Shown piece by piece: positions 41,211 through 51,531 of a stretch of 56,626 bases of DNA (the first letter of the stretch is position 1; the number at the start of each line of letters is the position of its first letter). Source of the stretch: Chloroflexota bacterium (GTDB taxonomy: Bacteria; Chloroflexota; Dehalococcoidia; SM23-28-2; RBG-16-64-32); NCBI GenBank assembly GCA_005882985.1, contig VBEJ01000038.1:1-56626 (forward strand), in the 5' to 3' direction. Both the position numbers and the translations under genes were made by a program. The notes below the pieces were generated by a model that saw only the letters and a program-made list of their open reading frames with translations, did not search any database and was not told the DNA's origin.

Positions 41211-42050
41211 ATGGAAACCATGCGCAGTGCTACGCGCGCAAAGCCTGAAGCCGCACCTCCGCTCGACGTCGCTGCCGTACCTGTTCACGTCGCGATAATC
41301 ATGGACGGCAACGGGCGGTGGGCTAAACAGCGAGGCCGTCCACGTTTATTCGGCCATCGGGCGGGTACCGAAAACGTTCGCCGGGTGATAGAGCGCTTCG
41401 GTGATTACGGCGTGAAGTATCTCACGCTCTTCGCCTTCTCTACGGAGAACTGGGACCGGCCCCGCTACGAAGTGCGGGGTCTGATGTCGCTGCTCTCGCG
41501 TTTCCTCAAGCGGGAGACTCAGCACCTGCATAAGAACGGCATCCGTCTTCGCCACCTCGGAGACCTGAGCCCGCTTAGTCCGCGGCTTCAAGAGGAGGTC
41601 CGAGAGGCGATTGAACTAACTCGCGACAACCGAAGAATGACGTTGTCAATAGCGTTCAACTACGGGGGCCGCGCGGAAATCGTAGAGGCGGTACGCCGGA
41701 TAGTGGACGAGGGTGTTCCGGCGGACGAAATCGACGAGCAAGCGATCTCCAGTCGTCTCCTGACTGATGGACTACCTGACCCCGACCTCATCATCCGAAC
41801 CGCGGGTGAAATGCGGCTTTCCAACTTTCTTCTGTGGCAGGGCGCCTACGCGGAGTTCTGCTTCACGCCCGTCTACTGGCCGGACTTTGACATCAAGCAC
41901 ATAGACGAAGCGCTACTTACGTTCAGCCGTCGCACACGTCGCTTTGGCGGCCTGCCGCCGCACGAGGTGGATGCACCCGTGGTCAACGGTCACACGAATG
42001 GGCGAGACTCTGCCGAGCGTTCGGCTGTAAGTAGCGGACATCGCGCTTAA
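41211..42050 (+). CDS. uppS: Polyprenyl (undecaprenyl) diphosphate synthase
   Basis: HVAIIMDGNGRWA, FSTENW.RP, NYGGR, RTAGEMRLSNFLLWQ. Confidence 0.95.
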   Translation: METMRSATRAKPEAAPPLDVAAVPVHVAIIMDGNGRWAKQRGRPRLFGHRAGTENVRRVIERFGDYGVKYLTLFAFSTENWDRPRYEVRGLMSLLSRFLKRETQHLHKNGIRLRHLGDLSPLSPRLQEEVREAIELTRDNRRMTLSIAFNYGGRAEIVEAVRRIVDEGVPADEIDEQAISSRLLTDGLPDPDLIIRTAGEMRLSNFLLWQGAYAEFCFTPVYWPDFDIKHIDEALLTFSRRTRRFGGLPPHEVDAPVVNGHTNGRDSAERSAVSSGHRA

Positions 42051-42058
42051 CGCGCGAC

Positions 42059-42907
42059 ATGCTCCTTCGGCGGGTCCTATCCGCAGCCGTAGGCATACCC
42101 GTCATCGTGGCGCTGATTCTCATCGGAGGCGTACCGTACACGGTTGCTGTCGCGATTATTCTTGCTCTCGGAGTCCTCGAATTTTACGCGGCAACCGACC
42201 CCGAGACTTCCGCGACCAGCGCAGCGTACCCTCGCTTGCGCCGCGCGGCCCCGACCCTTTTCGGGCAGCGCATGCCCGCCTTTGCGGGGTGTGGAGGCGT
42301 CGTTCTACTCGTCGCTGCGGCATACGGTGGCTTGGATGAACTTACAGGCGCCCTTGCCGGATTGATCGCCGGTGTCTTCCTCATTCTCATTCTCCGACAA
42401 GACGCCCAAACCGGGCTTAGTGATTGGCTCTGGATTGTCGGTGGCCTGGCATATGTGGGTTTCCTCGGCGCGCACCTCCTGCTCCTGCGCGATTTGGACG
42501 ACGGCCGCGAATGGGTGTTCGTGGCGGTGTTCTCGACATTTGTCGCCGATACAGCAGCCTACTTTGTGGGCCGGGCGCTCGGGAGGCGCCAGATCGCGCC
42601 TGCCGTTAGTCCCGGGAAGACTGTGGAGGGTGGGATCGCCGGACTCGTGGCTGGGTTCGGTGCTGTCTTCATAATCGTGTGGGTGGTGGGCCTCGACGTC
42701 GATGAGCTGAAGCTGCTACCGCTGGCACTCCTACTCCCCGCTGTTGCCGTGGTAGGCGACCTCGGGGAATCCCTGATTAAACGCGGGGCGGGAGTCAAGG
42801 ATACGAGCGATTTAGTCCCGGGACATGGCGGTTTCCTGGACCGCCTGGACAGCGTCCTCTTCACAACGCCGTTGGTATACTACTTTGTGATATGGGTGGT
42901 GTTGTAA
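42059..42907 (+). CDS. cdsA: Phosphatidate cytidylyltransferase
   Basis: DTAAYF.G, SPGKTVEG, GDLGES..KR..GVKD...PGHGG.LDR.DS. Confidence 0.95.
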   Translation: MLLRRVLSAAVGIPVIVALILIGGVPYTVAVAIILALGVLEFYAATDPETSATSAAYPRLRRAAPTLFGQRMPAFAGCGGVVLLVAAAYGGLDELTGALAGLIAGVFLILILRQDAQTGLSDWLWIVGGLAYVGFLGAHLLLLRDLDDGREWVFVAVFSTFVADTAAYFVGRALGRRQIAPAVSPGKTVEGGIAGLVAGFGAVFIIVWVVGLDVDELKLLPLALLLPAVAVVGDLGESLIKRGAGVKDTSDLVPGHGGFLDRLDSVLFTTPLVYYFVIWVVL

Positions 42908-42933
42908 TGGGGGATGGGGAATGCGAAATGGGG
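42906..42933. repeat. Degenerate heptamer tandem repeat
   Basis: aatgggg gatgggg aatgcga aatgggg at the cdsA stop. Confidence 0.5.
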
Positions 42934-42980
42934 CCGGCATCGCCAGGCTTAAGTACCCATTCTCCTTCCCGATTTCCGTC

Positions 42981-44135
42981 GTGAAGCCGATTCGACTCGC
43001 CGTACTCGGCTCCACCGGCTCCATTGGGCGCCAGACGCTCGACGTCGTCCGCTCACTGCCGCGGCGATTTAACGTTATCGCTCTCGCGGCTGGGAATAAC
43101 GTCACCCTCCTCGAGGAACAGGTCCGCGAGTTTCGCCCGCGGTTCATCTACGCTGGCCGCGAAGCCGACTACTTGATGGCGCGCGGTTCTAGTGGTGGCG
43201 TTCCGGTCCGCTGGGCGGAGATGGAGGAAATGGCCGCGCATCCAGACGTTGATCTCGTCATCGTCGCTACGGTTGGCTCGGCCGGTCTCGGCCCGACACT
43301 TGCAGCTATTCGCGCGGGCAAATCGGTGGCCCTTGCGAACAAAGAAGTGCTGGTGATGGCTGGCCATATCATCACCGCCGAGGCCCGGCGGTACAACGTG
43401 GAGCTACGGCCAATCGATTCCGAACACTCCGCGATCTGGCAGTGCCTTTGGGGAGAGGGCCGCGAATCCGTAGAACGGATCACGGTCACTGCTTCCGGAG
43501 GGCCTTTTCGGGACACGCCGCTGCATGATCTGTCGCGGGTGACGGCGGATGAGGCACTTCGGCACCCGAATTGGCAGATGGGCCAGAAGATCACGGTCGA
43601 TACCGCCACGTTGTTGAATAAGGGTCTCGAATGCATCGAAGCTCGCTGGCTCTTCGACGTGCCACTCGAAAAGATCGACGTCTTGCTTCACCGCGAGAGC
43701 ATCGTGCATTCGCTGGTCGAGTTCTGCGACGGGTCCGTCAAGGCGCAACTGGGAATGCCGGACATGCGTCTACCTATTCAGTGCGCGCTCACGTACCCCG
43801 AGCGCCTGCGCGGTACATCAGTGCCGAGACTGGACCTGAGACTGATTGGAACGTTGAACTTCGGACGGCCGGACACGAAGCAATACCCATGCCTCACCCT
43901 CGCGCTCGAGGCCGGCCGGCGCGGCGGCAGCTGCCCCGCCGTTCTCGCGGCCGCCGATGAGATCGCCGTTCAGTACTTCCTCGCCGGGCACATCCGGTTC
44001 ACGGATATCGCTCGTATCGTCTCGGATGCCCTCAATGCACATGACCAGCTCGCCAACCCCAGCCTTGATGAAGTCCTTCAGGCCGACGACTGGGCGCGCT
44101 CCTACACCGAGGACTGGGTGAAGGCCAAGGCATGA
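42981..44135 (+). CDS. dxr: 1-deoxy-D-xylulose-5-phosphate reductoisomerase
   Basis: LGSTGSIG, ANKE, DSEHSA, TASGGPF, HPNW.MG.KIT; start is GTG 42981 or ATG 42921. Confidence 0.95.
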   Translation: MKPIRLAVLGSTGSIGRQTLDVVRSLPRRFNVIALAAGNNVTLLEEQVREFRPRFIYAGREADYLMARGSSGGVPVRWAEMEEMAAHPDVDLVIVATVGSAGLGPTLAAIRAGKSVALANKEVLVMAGHIITAEARRYNVELRPIDSEHSAIWQCLWGEGRESVERITVTASGGPFRDTPLHDLSRVTADEALRHPNWQMGQKITVDTATLLNKGLECIEARWLFDVPLEKIDVLLHRESIVHSLVEFCDGSVKAQLGMPDMRLPIQCALTYPERLRGTSVPRLDLRLIGTLNFGRPDTKQYPCLTLALEAGRRGGSCPAVLAAADEIAVQYFLAGHIRFTDIARIVSDALNAHDQLANPSLDEVLQADDWARSYTEDWVKAKA

Positions 44136-45259
44136 CAGTCCTCTATTCGGTCCTTCCGTTCCTCGGTATGCTCGTGGCGCTGATCGTCGCTCATGAGCTG
44201 GGCCACTACTTCACGGCGAAGCTCTTCGGCGTAAAGGTCCTCGAGGCTGGTCTCGGCTACCCGCCTCGCATCTGGGGCTTCGAGTGGCGCGGGACGATTT
44301 ATTCTGTCAACTGGCTTCCGCTCGGCGGCTTCGTCCGGCTCCTCGGCGAAGAGGACCCCTCGGACCCCGAGAGTCTGGCAGCGCAGCCCGCCTGGAAGCG
44401 CCTCATCGTTCTCTTCGCGGGCTCCGGCATGAACCTCGTTCTGCCGGTACTGCTGTTCGCGCTCGCGTTCATGATCCCGCGCGATGTGCCTCTTGGCCCT
44501 GCCGTCATTCAGGTCGTTGAGCCCGGTTCACCGGCGGCCCAGGCCAGCCTACAACCAGGCGACCAGATCAAAGAGCTGGAAGGGCGCGAGGTGAAAAACA
44601 CGGCCGACGCGGGCCGCATCATTCGGCTGAACATGGGCAAGACGATTGACTTCAAAGTGGTACGCAGCGCCACCGGCGGCGGCGAGCAAGTCCTGGACTT
44701 GCCGGTAAAAGCGCGCTGGGATCCGCCTTCAAATCAAGGCCCGACGGGCATACGCATCGCTAATCTAGCGGCAACAATCCCGCAATGCACGACATTCACA
44801 AACCCACCGCCCGAATGTAAACCGACGGAGAGGCAAAGCTACAATCCGCTAAAAGCGCTCGGTAAAGGTTGGACATCGACCTGGGACTCATTGACGCTCG
44901 CCCGGAACCAGATTATCGCCATCTTCCACGGCGGCTCAGGCCCCGATGTTGCGGGACCCGTCGGAATCGCGCAAGCGACAGGAGAGGTCGTCAAGGAGTC
45001 GGGCTGGCAGACGTTGCTCGACTTCGCTGCGTTGCTCTCGATAAACCTCGCTATCATCAATGTTCTGCCGTTGCCTATGCTGGACGGCGGCCGCATGGCG
45101 TTCGTAATCCTTGAGGTGATCCGCGGCGGCCGGCGCATCGCTCCGGAGAAAGAAGCGATCGTCCATCTGATCGGCCTGGCGCTCATCATTACGATGGCCG
45201 TCATCGTGACCTACTTTGACATCCTGCGCATCATCGGCGGCGGGAGCCTGTTCGAGTAG
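44132..45259 (+). CDS. rseP: RIP metalloprotease RseP (M50 with PDZ domain)
   Basis: HELGH, PLGGFV, PDZ SPA..A.LQPGD, GPVGI, N.LPLP.LDGG. Confidence 0.93.
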   Translation: MTVLYSVLPFLGMLVALIVAHELGHYFTAKLFGVKVLEAGLGYPPRIWGFEWRGTIYSVNWLPLGGFVRLLGEEDPSDPESLAAQPAWKRLIVLFAGSGMNLVLPVLLFALAFMIPRDVPLGPAVIQVVEPGSPAAQASLQPGDQIKELEGREVKNTADAGRIIRLNMGKTIDFKVVRSATGGGEQVLDLPVKARWDPPSNQGPTGIRIANLAATIPQCTTFTNPPPECKPTERQSYNPLKALGKGWTSTWDSLTLARNQIIAIFHGGSGPDVAGPVGIAQATGEVVKESGWQTLLDFAALLSINLAIINVLPLPMLDGGRMAFVILEVIRGGRRIAPEKEAIVHLIGLALIITMAVIVTYFDILRIIGGGSLFE

Positions 45260-45336
45260 GGGATCGCTCGCAATAAACCTGGCGGTCTGCTGCTGCGCTT
45301 GCCGCCGCACCTCGGGGCCACCACAATGGAAGCGGA

Positions 45337-46542
45337 ATGACAGACGAACCGTTCACACTCGCTCCTCGCCGAACATCCCGCCCGGTCTACGTCGGTGACG
45401 TTCAGGTCGGCGGCGATGCGCCAGTCGTCGTGCAGACGATGACCAATACGGACACTGCCGATGCGAGATCGACCGTCGAGCAAGTTGTCCGCCTGGCCGA
45501 CGCCGGCGCGGAGATCGTGCGCGTCGCCGTCCCCGACAAACGCGCGGCAGAGGCGTTGCCTGATATCGTCGGACGCACCCCTGTCCCTCTTATCGCGGAC
45601 ATCCACTTCGATCATCGTCTTGCGCTTGCTTCTATCGAGGCCGGTATCCACGGTCTGCGCCTGAACCCGGGCAACATCAGGGACGCCACCAAGGTGCGGC
45701 AAGTCGTCCAGGCGGCAAAGGAGCGCGGCATTTCGATCCGGATCGGTGTAAACGAGGGGTCACTTCCTCCGATTCCCGCTCTCGCCGACGGCGAACTGCC
45801 CCCGCCTAAGACGCAGCGCATGGTAGACGCCGCGCTGTGGGAGATCGGCATCCTTGAGGAGATGGGATTCGAGGATATAAAGCTGTCGCTCAAGGCGTTC
45901 GACGTGCCAACAATGGTGACGGCGTATCGCGAAATCGCCAGTCGCGTGCCCTATCCGTTGCACCTCGGCGTAACCGAGGCCGGGACTCCCGGCTCGGGCA
46001 CGGTGCGCTCAGCAGTCGGCATCGGTGTCCTCCTGGCCGAGGGCATCGGCGATACGATCCGCGTCTCGCTTGCCGCCGATCCGGTCGAGGAACTGCCCGT
46101 CTGCTGGGATATCCTCAAGTCGCTCAACCTGCGGCAGCGCGGAGCGACAATTGTCGCCTGCCCGACGTGCGGCCGCATCGAAGTAGATCTGATCCCTCTC
46201 GCTAATCAGGTCGAGGAGCATTTCAAGGCTTTGGGTAAACCGATCACGGTCGCCGTGATGGGCTGCGTTGTCAACGGCCCGGGCGAATCGCGCGACGCTG
46301 ACGTCGGCCTTGCAGCGGGCAAAGGGAAGGGCGCTATCTTCCGCAAGGGCGAAGTCGTCCGCACAGTGCGCGAGGATGAGTTCTTCAGCGCCCTGCTCGA
46401 AGAAGGGCGCAAAGTAATCGCGGAGCGCTTTGGCGAGGACGCCGCAACTAATGGCGAGGCATCGACGGTCGGCGAAGAGGTGATCGCGCTCACGCCGGCC
46501 GCGTCGCGGACGCTTCCCGGGCGGGCCGCGCGGCGGGGCTGA
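45337..46542 (+). CDS. ispG: HMBPP synthase
   Basis: ADIHF, RLNPGN, HLGVTEAG, GIGDTIRVSL, CPTCGR, MGCVVNGPGE. Confidence 0.97.
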   Translation: MTDEPFTLAPRRTSRPVYVGDVQVGGDAPVVVQTMTNTDTADARSTVEQVVRLADAGAEIVRVAVPDKRAAEALPDIVGRTPVPLIADIHFDHRLALASIEAGIHGLRLNPGNIRDATKVRQVVQAAKERGISIRIGVNEGSLPPIPALADGELPPPKTQRMVDAALWEIGILEEMGFEDIKLSLKAFDVPTMVTAYREIASRVPYPLHLGVTEAGTPGSGTVRSAVGIGVLLAEGIGDTIRVSLAADPVEELPVCWDILKSLNLRQRGATIVACPTCGRIEVDLIPLANQVEEHFKALGKPITVAVMGCVVNGPGESRDADVGLAAGKGKGAIFRKGEVVRTVREDEFFSALLEEGRKVIAERFGEDAATNGEASTVGEEVIALTPAASRTLPGRAARRG

Positions 46543-46553
46543 CCTCTCCCGCG

Positions 46554-46581
46554 CTAACGCTAACACCTAACACCTAACGAC
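46554..46581. repeat. Degenerate heptamer tandem repeat
   Basis: c taacgc taacacc taacacc taacgac just after the ispG stop. Confidence 0.55.
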
Positions 46582-46603
46582 GCCTCCCTGTAACCTCTAG
46601 GCC

Positions 46604-46915
46604 ATGACCACCGAGGCGCGCACCGCCTTCGTTCTCTTCTTCTTCGCCGTTTGGTGTTGCGTGGGCTTGGTCCCCTGGGCCATCGCCGCGGTTATCGCAC
46701 GGGGCCGGGGCGCATTGGCAGCCCTGCCAGTCGCGCTGGCGGCGGCCTGCGCTGCTGGCGTTGCGGTTCCTCTCATCGGCCTCGATAACTTCCGAGGATT
46801 CCTTCTCAGCCTTGTCGTCGCCGTCGTCGCCGCGGCTTTCGGCTCTGTTGCCGGAATCCGCATCTTCCAGCGGCTATGGCCTATGCGACCGGCCAATGAG
46901 CATCGTCATCGCTGA
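46604..46915 (+). CDS. Small three-TM membrane protein
   Basis: Three hydrophobic helices; co-oriented between ispG and the next gene. Confidence 0.55.
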   Translation: MTTEARTAFVLFFFAVWCCVGLVPWAIAAVIARGRGALAALPVALAAACAAGVAVPLIGLDNFRGFLLSLVVAVVAAAFGSVAGIRIFQRLWPMRPANEHRHR

Positions 46916-46951
46916 GGAGCGAGAGCGGCAGCGGAACGCCGCATCTGACCC

Positions 46952-47947
46952 GTGGCCCTGACACCTGATAGACTCCACTACGTGACCCCGCCCCGATTGC
47001 CGACTCCAGTGCATGCCCTCTCGACGATGTGGTCCCAGGGCCGCTTTCGGCGCAATGGCAATAAGGCGGACGACATGCTCGCCTTCGCCGAAACTGCGGC
47101 CCGCCTCGGCTTCCCGGCGATCGAGATTAACTATGTGATCCCGCCGGAAGGCGTCGAGGAGCTTCTCTCCAACGATCACGTTGGCATTGTCTCGCTGCAT
47201 TCCCCGACACCCCGCGTTACAACGGCCGGTGGCAAGTCATCGGATGCTCTCAATCTTGCCTCCACCAACGAGGAGGAACGCGCCCTCGCAGTTCAACGCG
47301 CCCGCGTTACGGTCGATCATGCCTCCCGCTGCGGCGCGCGCTACATGGTCGTCCACCTCGGAGGGATCGATGGTGGCATCTTCGGTGAGGAGCGGGAGCT
47401 TCGAAAGCGCTACGACGCGGGCGAAAGGGATGGCGCTGAAATCGATGTGCTTCGCCGCGGCGCGGTGGAGCGTCGTGGCGAAGCGGCTCCTTCCCATCTC
47501 CCGCTGGCGAGGCGTTCCCTGACGGAAATTGCTGAGTACGCGGCTTCCCGGAATGTGTCGGTGGGGCTCGAGAACCGTTACCACTACCACGAATTTCCCG
47601 GCCCGGGCGAGATGCGGGAGTTGCTCGACGAGTACCCGCCGGAGGTCGCGGGGTTCTGGCTTGACGTTGGTCACGCGGAAGTCCTCGACCGTCTTGGCCT
47701 CGAGCGGCATGACCGCTGGCTCAACGAGCTGGGCGACCGCTGCATCGGCGCCCATGTGCATGATGTCGACGGCCTCGCCGACCACCGGGCGCCGGGCTAC
47801 GGCACGGCTGACTGGCCGCACTACGCTGAGAAGCTGCCGCCCGGCGTGCCCCGCGTCTTCGAGATAAATCAGAAGATCGATGAGCAGCAGGTCGCGGCTG
47901 CGATACCGTTCCTGCGGGAGCGGGGCATTCTGCCTCCATCCAGCTAA
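46952..47947 (+). CDS. Sugar phosphate isomerase/epimerase (xylose isomerase-like TIM barrel)
   Basis: VHLG, LEN, LDVGH, HVHD, DH..PG.G and VFE metal-binding pattern. Confidence 0.82.
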   Translation: MALTPDRLHYVTPPRLPTPVHALSTMWSQGRFRRNGNKADDMLAFAETAARLGFPAIEINYVIPPEGVEELLSNDHVGIVSLHSPTPRVTTAGGKSSDALNLASTNEEERALAVQRARVTVDHASRCGARYMVVHLGGIDGGIFGEERELRKRYDAGERDGAEIDVLRRGAVERRGEAAPSHLPLARRSLTEIAEYAASRNVSVGLENRYHYHEFPGPGEMRELLDEYPPEVAGFWLDVGHAEVLDRLGLERHDRWLNELGDRCIGAHVHDVDGLADHRAPGYGTADWPHYAEKLPPGVPRVFEINQKIDEQQVAAAIPFLRERGILPPSS

Positions 47948-47962
47948 TTAGCCTGTTGTCCG

Positions 47963-47992
47963 TTGACAGCCCATGAGCCGCGCTGCTACTAT
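47963..47992 (+). promoter_or_regulatory. Sigma70 promoter
   Basis: TTGACA-18 bp-TACTAT with an extended TG. Confidence 0.7.
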
Positions 47993-48001
47993 CCGCGTAC
48001 G

Positions 48002-48115
48002 ATGAATCGCCGGGCCTACCCACCGAAAGCCGAAAACATCGCGCCGATGTTCGGGATGGACACCGGCTTGCTCATTACGTTCATCGGCGTGGCCCGGGTA
48101 TCGCAAACACACTGA
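48002..48115 (+). CDS. Putative 37-aa leader peptide (MNRRAYPPKAENIAPMFGMDTGLLITFIGVARVSQTH)
   Basis: ATG lies about 10 nt after the -10 box; the ORF ends about 25 nt before an intrinsic terminator that precedes the GNAT RBS. Confidence 0.45.
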   Translation: MNRRAYPPKAENIAPMFGMDTGLLITFIGVARVSQTH

Positions 48116-48138
48116 CAAGGCATAGAACGCGAGAACCG

Positions 48139-48168
48139 AGCCCGCCGAACCGGCGGGCTTTTGTTTTT
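48139..48168 (+). terminator. Intrinsic terminator/attenuator in the GNAT leader
   Basis: AGCCCGCCG-AAC-CGGCGGGCT stem followed by TTTGTTTTT. Confidence 0.85.
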
Positions 48169-48184
48169 CGGGAAGGAGGATGAA

Positions 48185-48760
48185 ATGTTAGAGGGACGAT
48201 TAGTCCGCTTGCGGGCGCTGGAACCGTCGGATGTGGAACGCGCGTACACATGGGTCAATGACCGCGAGGTGACGCAGTTCCTGCTGCTGCGGTACCCGAT
48301 GTCGCGAACGCAGGAGGAGAAGTATTTGGCGGAGGCCGCGGAGCAGGGAAACGCCTACGCGGGCGTCCGTCTGGCTATGGAAACCAAGGACGGCCTTCAT
48401 ATCGGCATGTGCGGCCTGCATCACACTTCGCCCGAGAACAGGCACGCGTCGTTGGGCATCATGGTCGGCGATAAGTCGTACTGGTCAAACGGCTACGGCT
48501 CTGATGCCGTGATGACTCTCCTTCGCTTCGCCTTCGAAGAGATGAATCTAAATAGGGTCGAGCTCGGTGTGTTCGAGTTCAACGAGCGAGCGATCGCCTG
48601 CTACCTAAAATGCGGTTTCGTCGAAGAAGGCCGGCGGCGGGAGCATTACTTCCAGGAGGGTCGCTACTGGGACATCATCGACATGTCGGTTTTGCGGCGC
48701 GAATTCGAAGCGCCGCAGCAAAACCGGGTGCAGGCCGAGACGGCAAGTCTGGAAGCATAG
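48185..48760 (+). CDS. GNAT N-acetyltransferase, RimJ/RimL family
   Basis: GGAGGA RBS; VRLRALE, YWSNGYG, FAFEEMNLNRV, NERAIACY.K.GF..EG. Confidence 0.9.
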   Translation: MLEGRLVRLRALEPSDVERAYTWVNDREVTQFLLLRYPMSRTQEEKYLAEAAEQGNAYAGVRLAMETKDGLHIGMCGLHHTSPENRHASLGIMVGDKSYWSNGYGSDAVMTLLRFAFEEMNLNRVELGVFEFNERAIACYLKCGFVEEGRRREHYFQEGRYWDIIDMSVLRREFEAPQQNRVQAETASLEA

Positions 48761-48854
48761 CACCACCGACAACCGAGGGGCGTTGTTATGAACCATGCCT
48801 TTTGCCTTGACGGTTGTGGGCCTGCATGCGACCTTAGGCGCCGGAGGTGCTCGC

Positions 48855-50285
48855 ATGAACGACGTCGCCCTACTGGACGCGACTGCTCAGGCCGAGCTCG
48901 TACGCAAGAAGGAAGTCAAGCCAATCGAATTTCTCGAGGCGGCGATCGAGAGGATCGAGCGGACTAACCCGCAGATCAACGCCGTCGTGACGTCGATGTA
49001 CGATATCGCGCGCAAAACAGCCGAAGGCCCGCTCCCCAATGGTCCCTTCGCGGGCGTGCCGTTCTTGATGAAGGACCTCGGCGCCGGGTATGCGGGCGTC
49101 CGCCAGACGCAGGGCTCCGAATTCCTCAAAGACTTCGTATCGCCATTCGACACCGAACTGACGGCGCGCTACAAGCGCGCCGGTCTCGTCATCACCGGAA
49201 AGACGAACACGCCTGAGTTCGGTCTCGTTCCGACGACCGAGCCGCGACTCTTCGGCCCAACGCGCAATCCCTGGGCACCGGAGCACTCGGTGGGCGGCTC
49301 GAGCGGCGGCTCTGCTGCGGCGGTCGCCGCTGGAATCGTACCGATGGCGCACGCGAATGACGGCGGCGGTTCGATTCGCATCCCGGCCTCGTGCTGCGGT
49401 CTGTTTGGCATCAAGCCGAGCCGGGCGCGCGTCCCTCTCGGCCCGCTCCTCGGCGATATGATGGGCGGCCTTGTCTGCGAGCACGCCGTGACGCACTCGG
49501 TGCGGGACAGCGCGGCACTGCTGGACGCGACCGCAGGGCCGGAGCTGGGCGATCCCTATTACGCGCCGCCTCAAAAGCGGCCGTACGCCGAGGAAGTGGG
49601 TGCAGACGCGGGAAAGTTGCGCATCGCGTTCCTGACGCGGACGGCCACGGGCACCCCGTTGCATGCCGACTGCATCGCGGCGGTGAAGGACGCCGCAGCG
49701 CTCTGCGAGGACCTGGGGCACGAGGTCGAGGAGGCGGCGCCACCTCCCATCAACACAGAGATGCTGGAGGAGGCGTTCCTGACGATCTGGGCGGCCGGTG
49801 TACCGTGGGGGATCGACGGCATCGGGCGGCTCACCGGCCGGCAGCCGTCGCGGGATAAATTCGAGCCGCTCACTTGGTCCTTATACGAGCAGGGCAAGGA
49901 GACGACCGGTGGCGACTATCTAATCGCCGTGACGGCCCTTCAGCAGATGTCGAGGACCGTTGCGCAGTACTCCGAGCGCTACGATGTCTGGCTGATGCCG
50001 ACGCTGGGCGCGCCACCGCCGAAGCTCGGTCACTTCGACGCCACGCGGGAGAATCCCAGGGCGGGCCTCGAACGAGCGATTGAGTTCGTGCCGTTCACGC
50101 CTCTCCAGAACGTAACCGGACAGCCAGCGATGTCAGTGCCGCTCTACTGGAACAGCGAAGGCCTTCCCGTGGGCGTACACTTCGCGGCGCGCTTCGGCGA
50201 GGAAGATGTGCTCTTTCGACTAGCCGCACAGCTTGAAGAAGCGCGTCCGTGGGCGAACAAGCGCCCGCCGATCAGCGCTGTGTAG
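48855..50285 (+). CDS. Amidase signature family enzyme
   Basis: GGAGG RBS; [32 protein letters not shown]. Confidence 0.92.
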   Translation: MNDVALLDATAQAELVRKKEVKPIEFLEAAIERIERTNPQINAVVTSMYDIARKTAEGPLPNGPFAGVPFLMKDLGAGYAGVRQTQGSEFLKDFVSPFDTELTARYKRAGLVITGKTNTPEFGLVPTTEPRLFGPTRNPWAPEHSVGGSSGGSAAAVAAGIVPMAHANDGGGSIRIPASCCGLFGIKPSRARVPLGPLLGDMMGGLVCEHAVTHSVRDSAALLDATAGPELGDPYYAPPQKRPYAEEVGADAGKLRIAFLTRTATGTPLHADCIAAVKDAAALCEDLGHEVEEAAPPPINTEMLEEAFLTIWAAGVPWGIDGIGRLTGRQPSRDKFEPLTWSLYEQGKETTGGDYLIAVTALQQMSRTVAQYSERYDVWLMPTLGAPPPKLGHFDATRENPRAGLERAIEFVPFTPLQNVTGQPAMSVPLYWNSEGLPVGVHFAARFGEEDVLFRLAAQLEEARPWANKRPPISAV

Positions 50286-50311
50286 ATGTGGCCCTTGAGG
50301 CGCAGGCTGCT

Positions 50312-51481
50312 CTACTGCAAGGCGCTTGACCCGGCCAGGCTCGATATCGCCGTTACCCGCCGGCCGACCGTAAGCCAGTCGGTGAAGCCGTTCGTACAAT
50401 AGCCCAGCGAGATTCCGGTCATAGGATCGCCCCAGGCGATCTGCCCGCCGGCGCCTCCGTGCCCGAACGCGAGCGGTGAGCAGGTCCGCCCGAAACCGCG
50501 CATGAAGGCGTTTCCGTCGTCCCCCGCAATCACCATACTTAGGCCGCGGTTGGGCGGGATCTTCCATACCGGATCGAGCAGAGTTTCCAGCGTTCGTACT
50601 TTCGTGCCCAACTCAATAGTCTCTGTCTTGAGGATCCGCCCGCCGTTGGCCGTCTCGCCGCCGTTGATCAGCGGTTGGTAGAACATCGCCAGTTCGGCGG
50701 CGCCGGCTATCCCGCCCGCGCCGGGCAGCCCCGAGCGCCGCGCCTCAACACCGTTGAAGCGTAGAACGGCCTCCGGCGTTACCTCCCCCCAACCGCCGGG
50801 CGGCTCTACCGCCTCGCTTACCCAGCGTACTTCGGCCACACGCGCATCCTGCGCGGGCGGCAGCCCGACGAACAACTCGTTGAGGCCCATCGGTTCTGTC
50901 ACTCGCTTGCGGATGAACTCGCGAAAGTCGACGCCGGCGCGGCGGTTAATGATCTCCGACAGCACCCAGTGGGCTGAGGTTGGGTGGTACTCGTATCGGG
51001 TCCCCGGCTCCCAGTTCAAGCGCCAGCGGGCAAAGGCCTGGAGGAGCTTCTCGCGGTCGCCCCAGTATTCCGGGCGCAGGGGCGCGTAGGGAAAGCCACC
51101 GATATGCAGTAGAACTTGCTCGACAGTTACGACTTCTTTCCCGTTCGTCCCGAACTCGGGGATGATATCCGCCACCCGCTCATCGAGCTTCAGCAGGCCG
51201 TCTTCAAAGAGTAGCCAGACGGCAACGCCGACAACGGCCTTCGTTGATGAGAAAATGCTGTACAGCGTCTCGTTTGTGGCCTGGCGCTCTTCACCTCCCT
51301 GAATGGCAGAGCCGAACGTCCGCATTCCGGCCACCTTTCCATTCCTGGCGATGGCGACCTGGGCGCTTGGGAGTACACCGTCATCCACGTCCCGTCGTGC
51401 TCGGGCGAAGACCGTTTCCAGCTTTTCGCTGTCGATGCCAAGGTCTTCCGGTTTGGGCGCGATCAGTTCGGGATTTAGCAT
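50312..51481 (-). CDS. Serine hydrolase, beta-lactamase-like (EstA-type) family
   Basis: FSSTK (SxxK), WEPG..YEYH, FGHGG. Confidence 0.85.
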   Translation of the reverse strand: MLNPELIAPKPEDLGIDSEKLETVFARARRDVDDGVLPSAQVAIARNGKVAGMRTFGSAIQGGEERQATNETLYSIFSSTKAVVGVAVWLLFEDGLLKLDERVADIIPEFGTNGKEVVTVEQVLLHIGGFPYAPLRPEYWGDREKLLQAFARWRLNWEPGTRYEYHPTSAHWVLSEIINRRAGVDFREFIRKRVTEPMGLNELFVGLPPAQDARVAEVRWVSEAVEPPGGWGEVTPEAVLRFNGVEARRSGLPGAGGIAGAAELAMFYQPLINGGETANGGRILKTETIELGTKVRTLETLLDPVWKIPPNRGLSMVIAGDDGNAFMRGFGRTCSPLAFGHGGAGGQIAWGDPMTGISLGYCTNGFTDWLTVGRRVTAISSLAGSSALQ

Positions 51482-51531
51482 CCGGCACCTCCCTCTGGAC
51501 GGGGCTCATTATAAGCCGACGATGGCTTGCG

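Noticed and set aside
50312-51481. True beta-lactam resistance gene
   Set aside because: No signal peptide, and the YH and HGG motifs fit esterase-like serine hydrolases.
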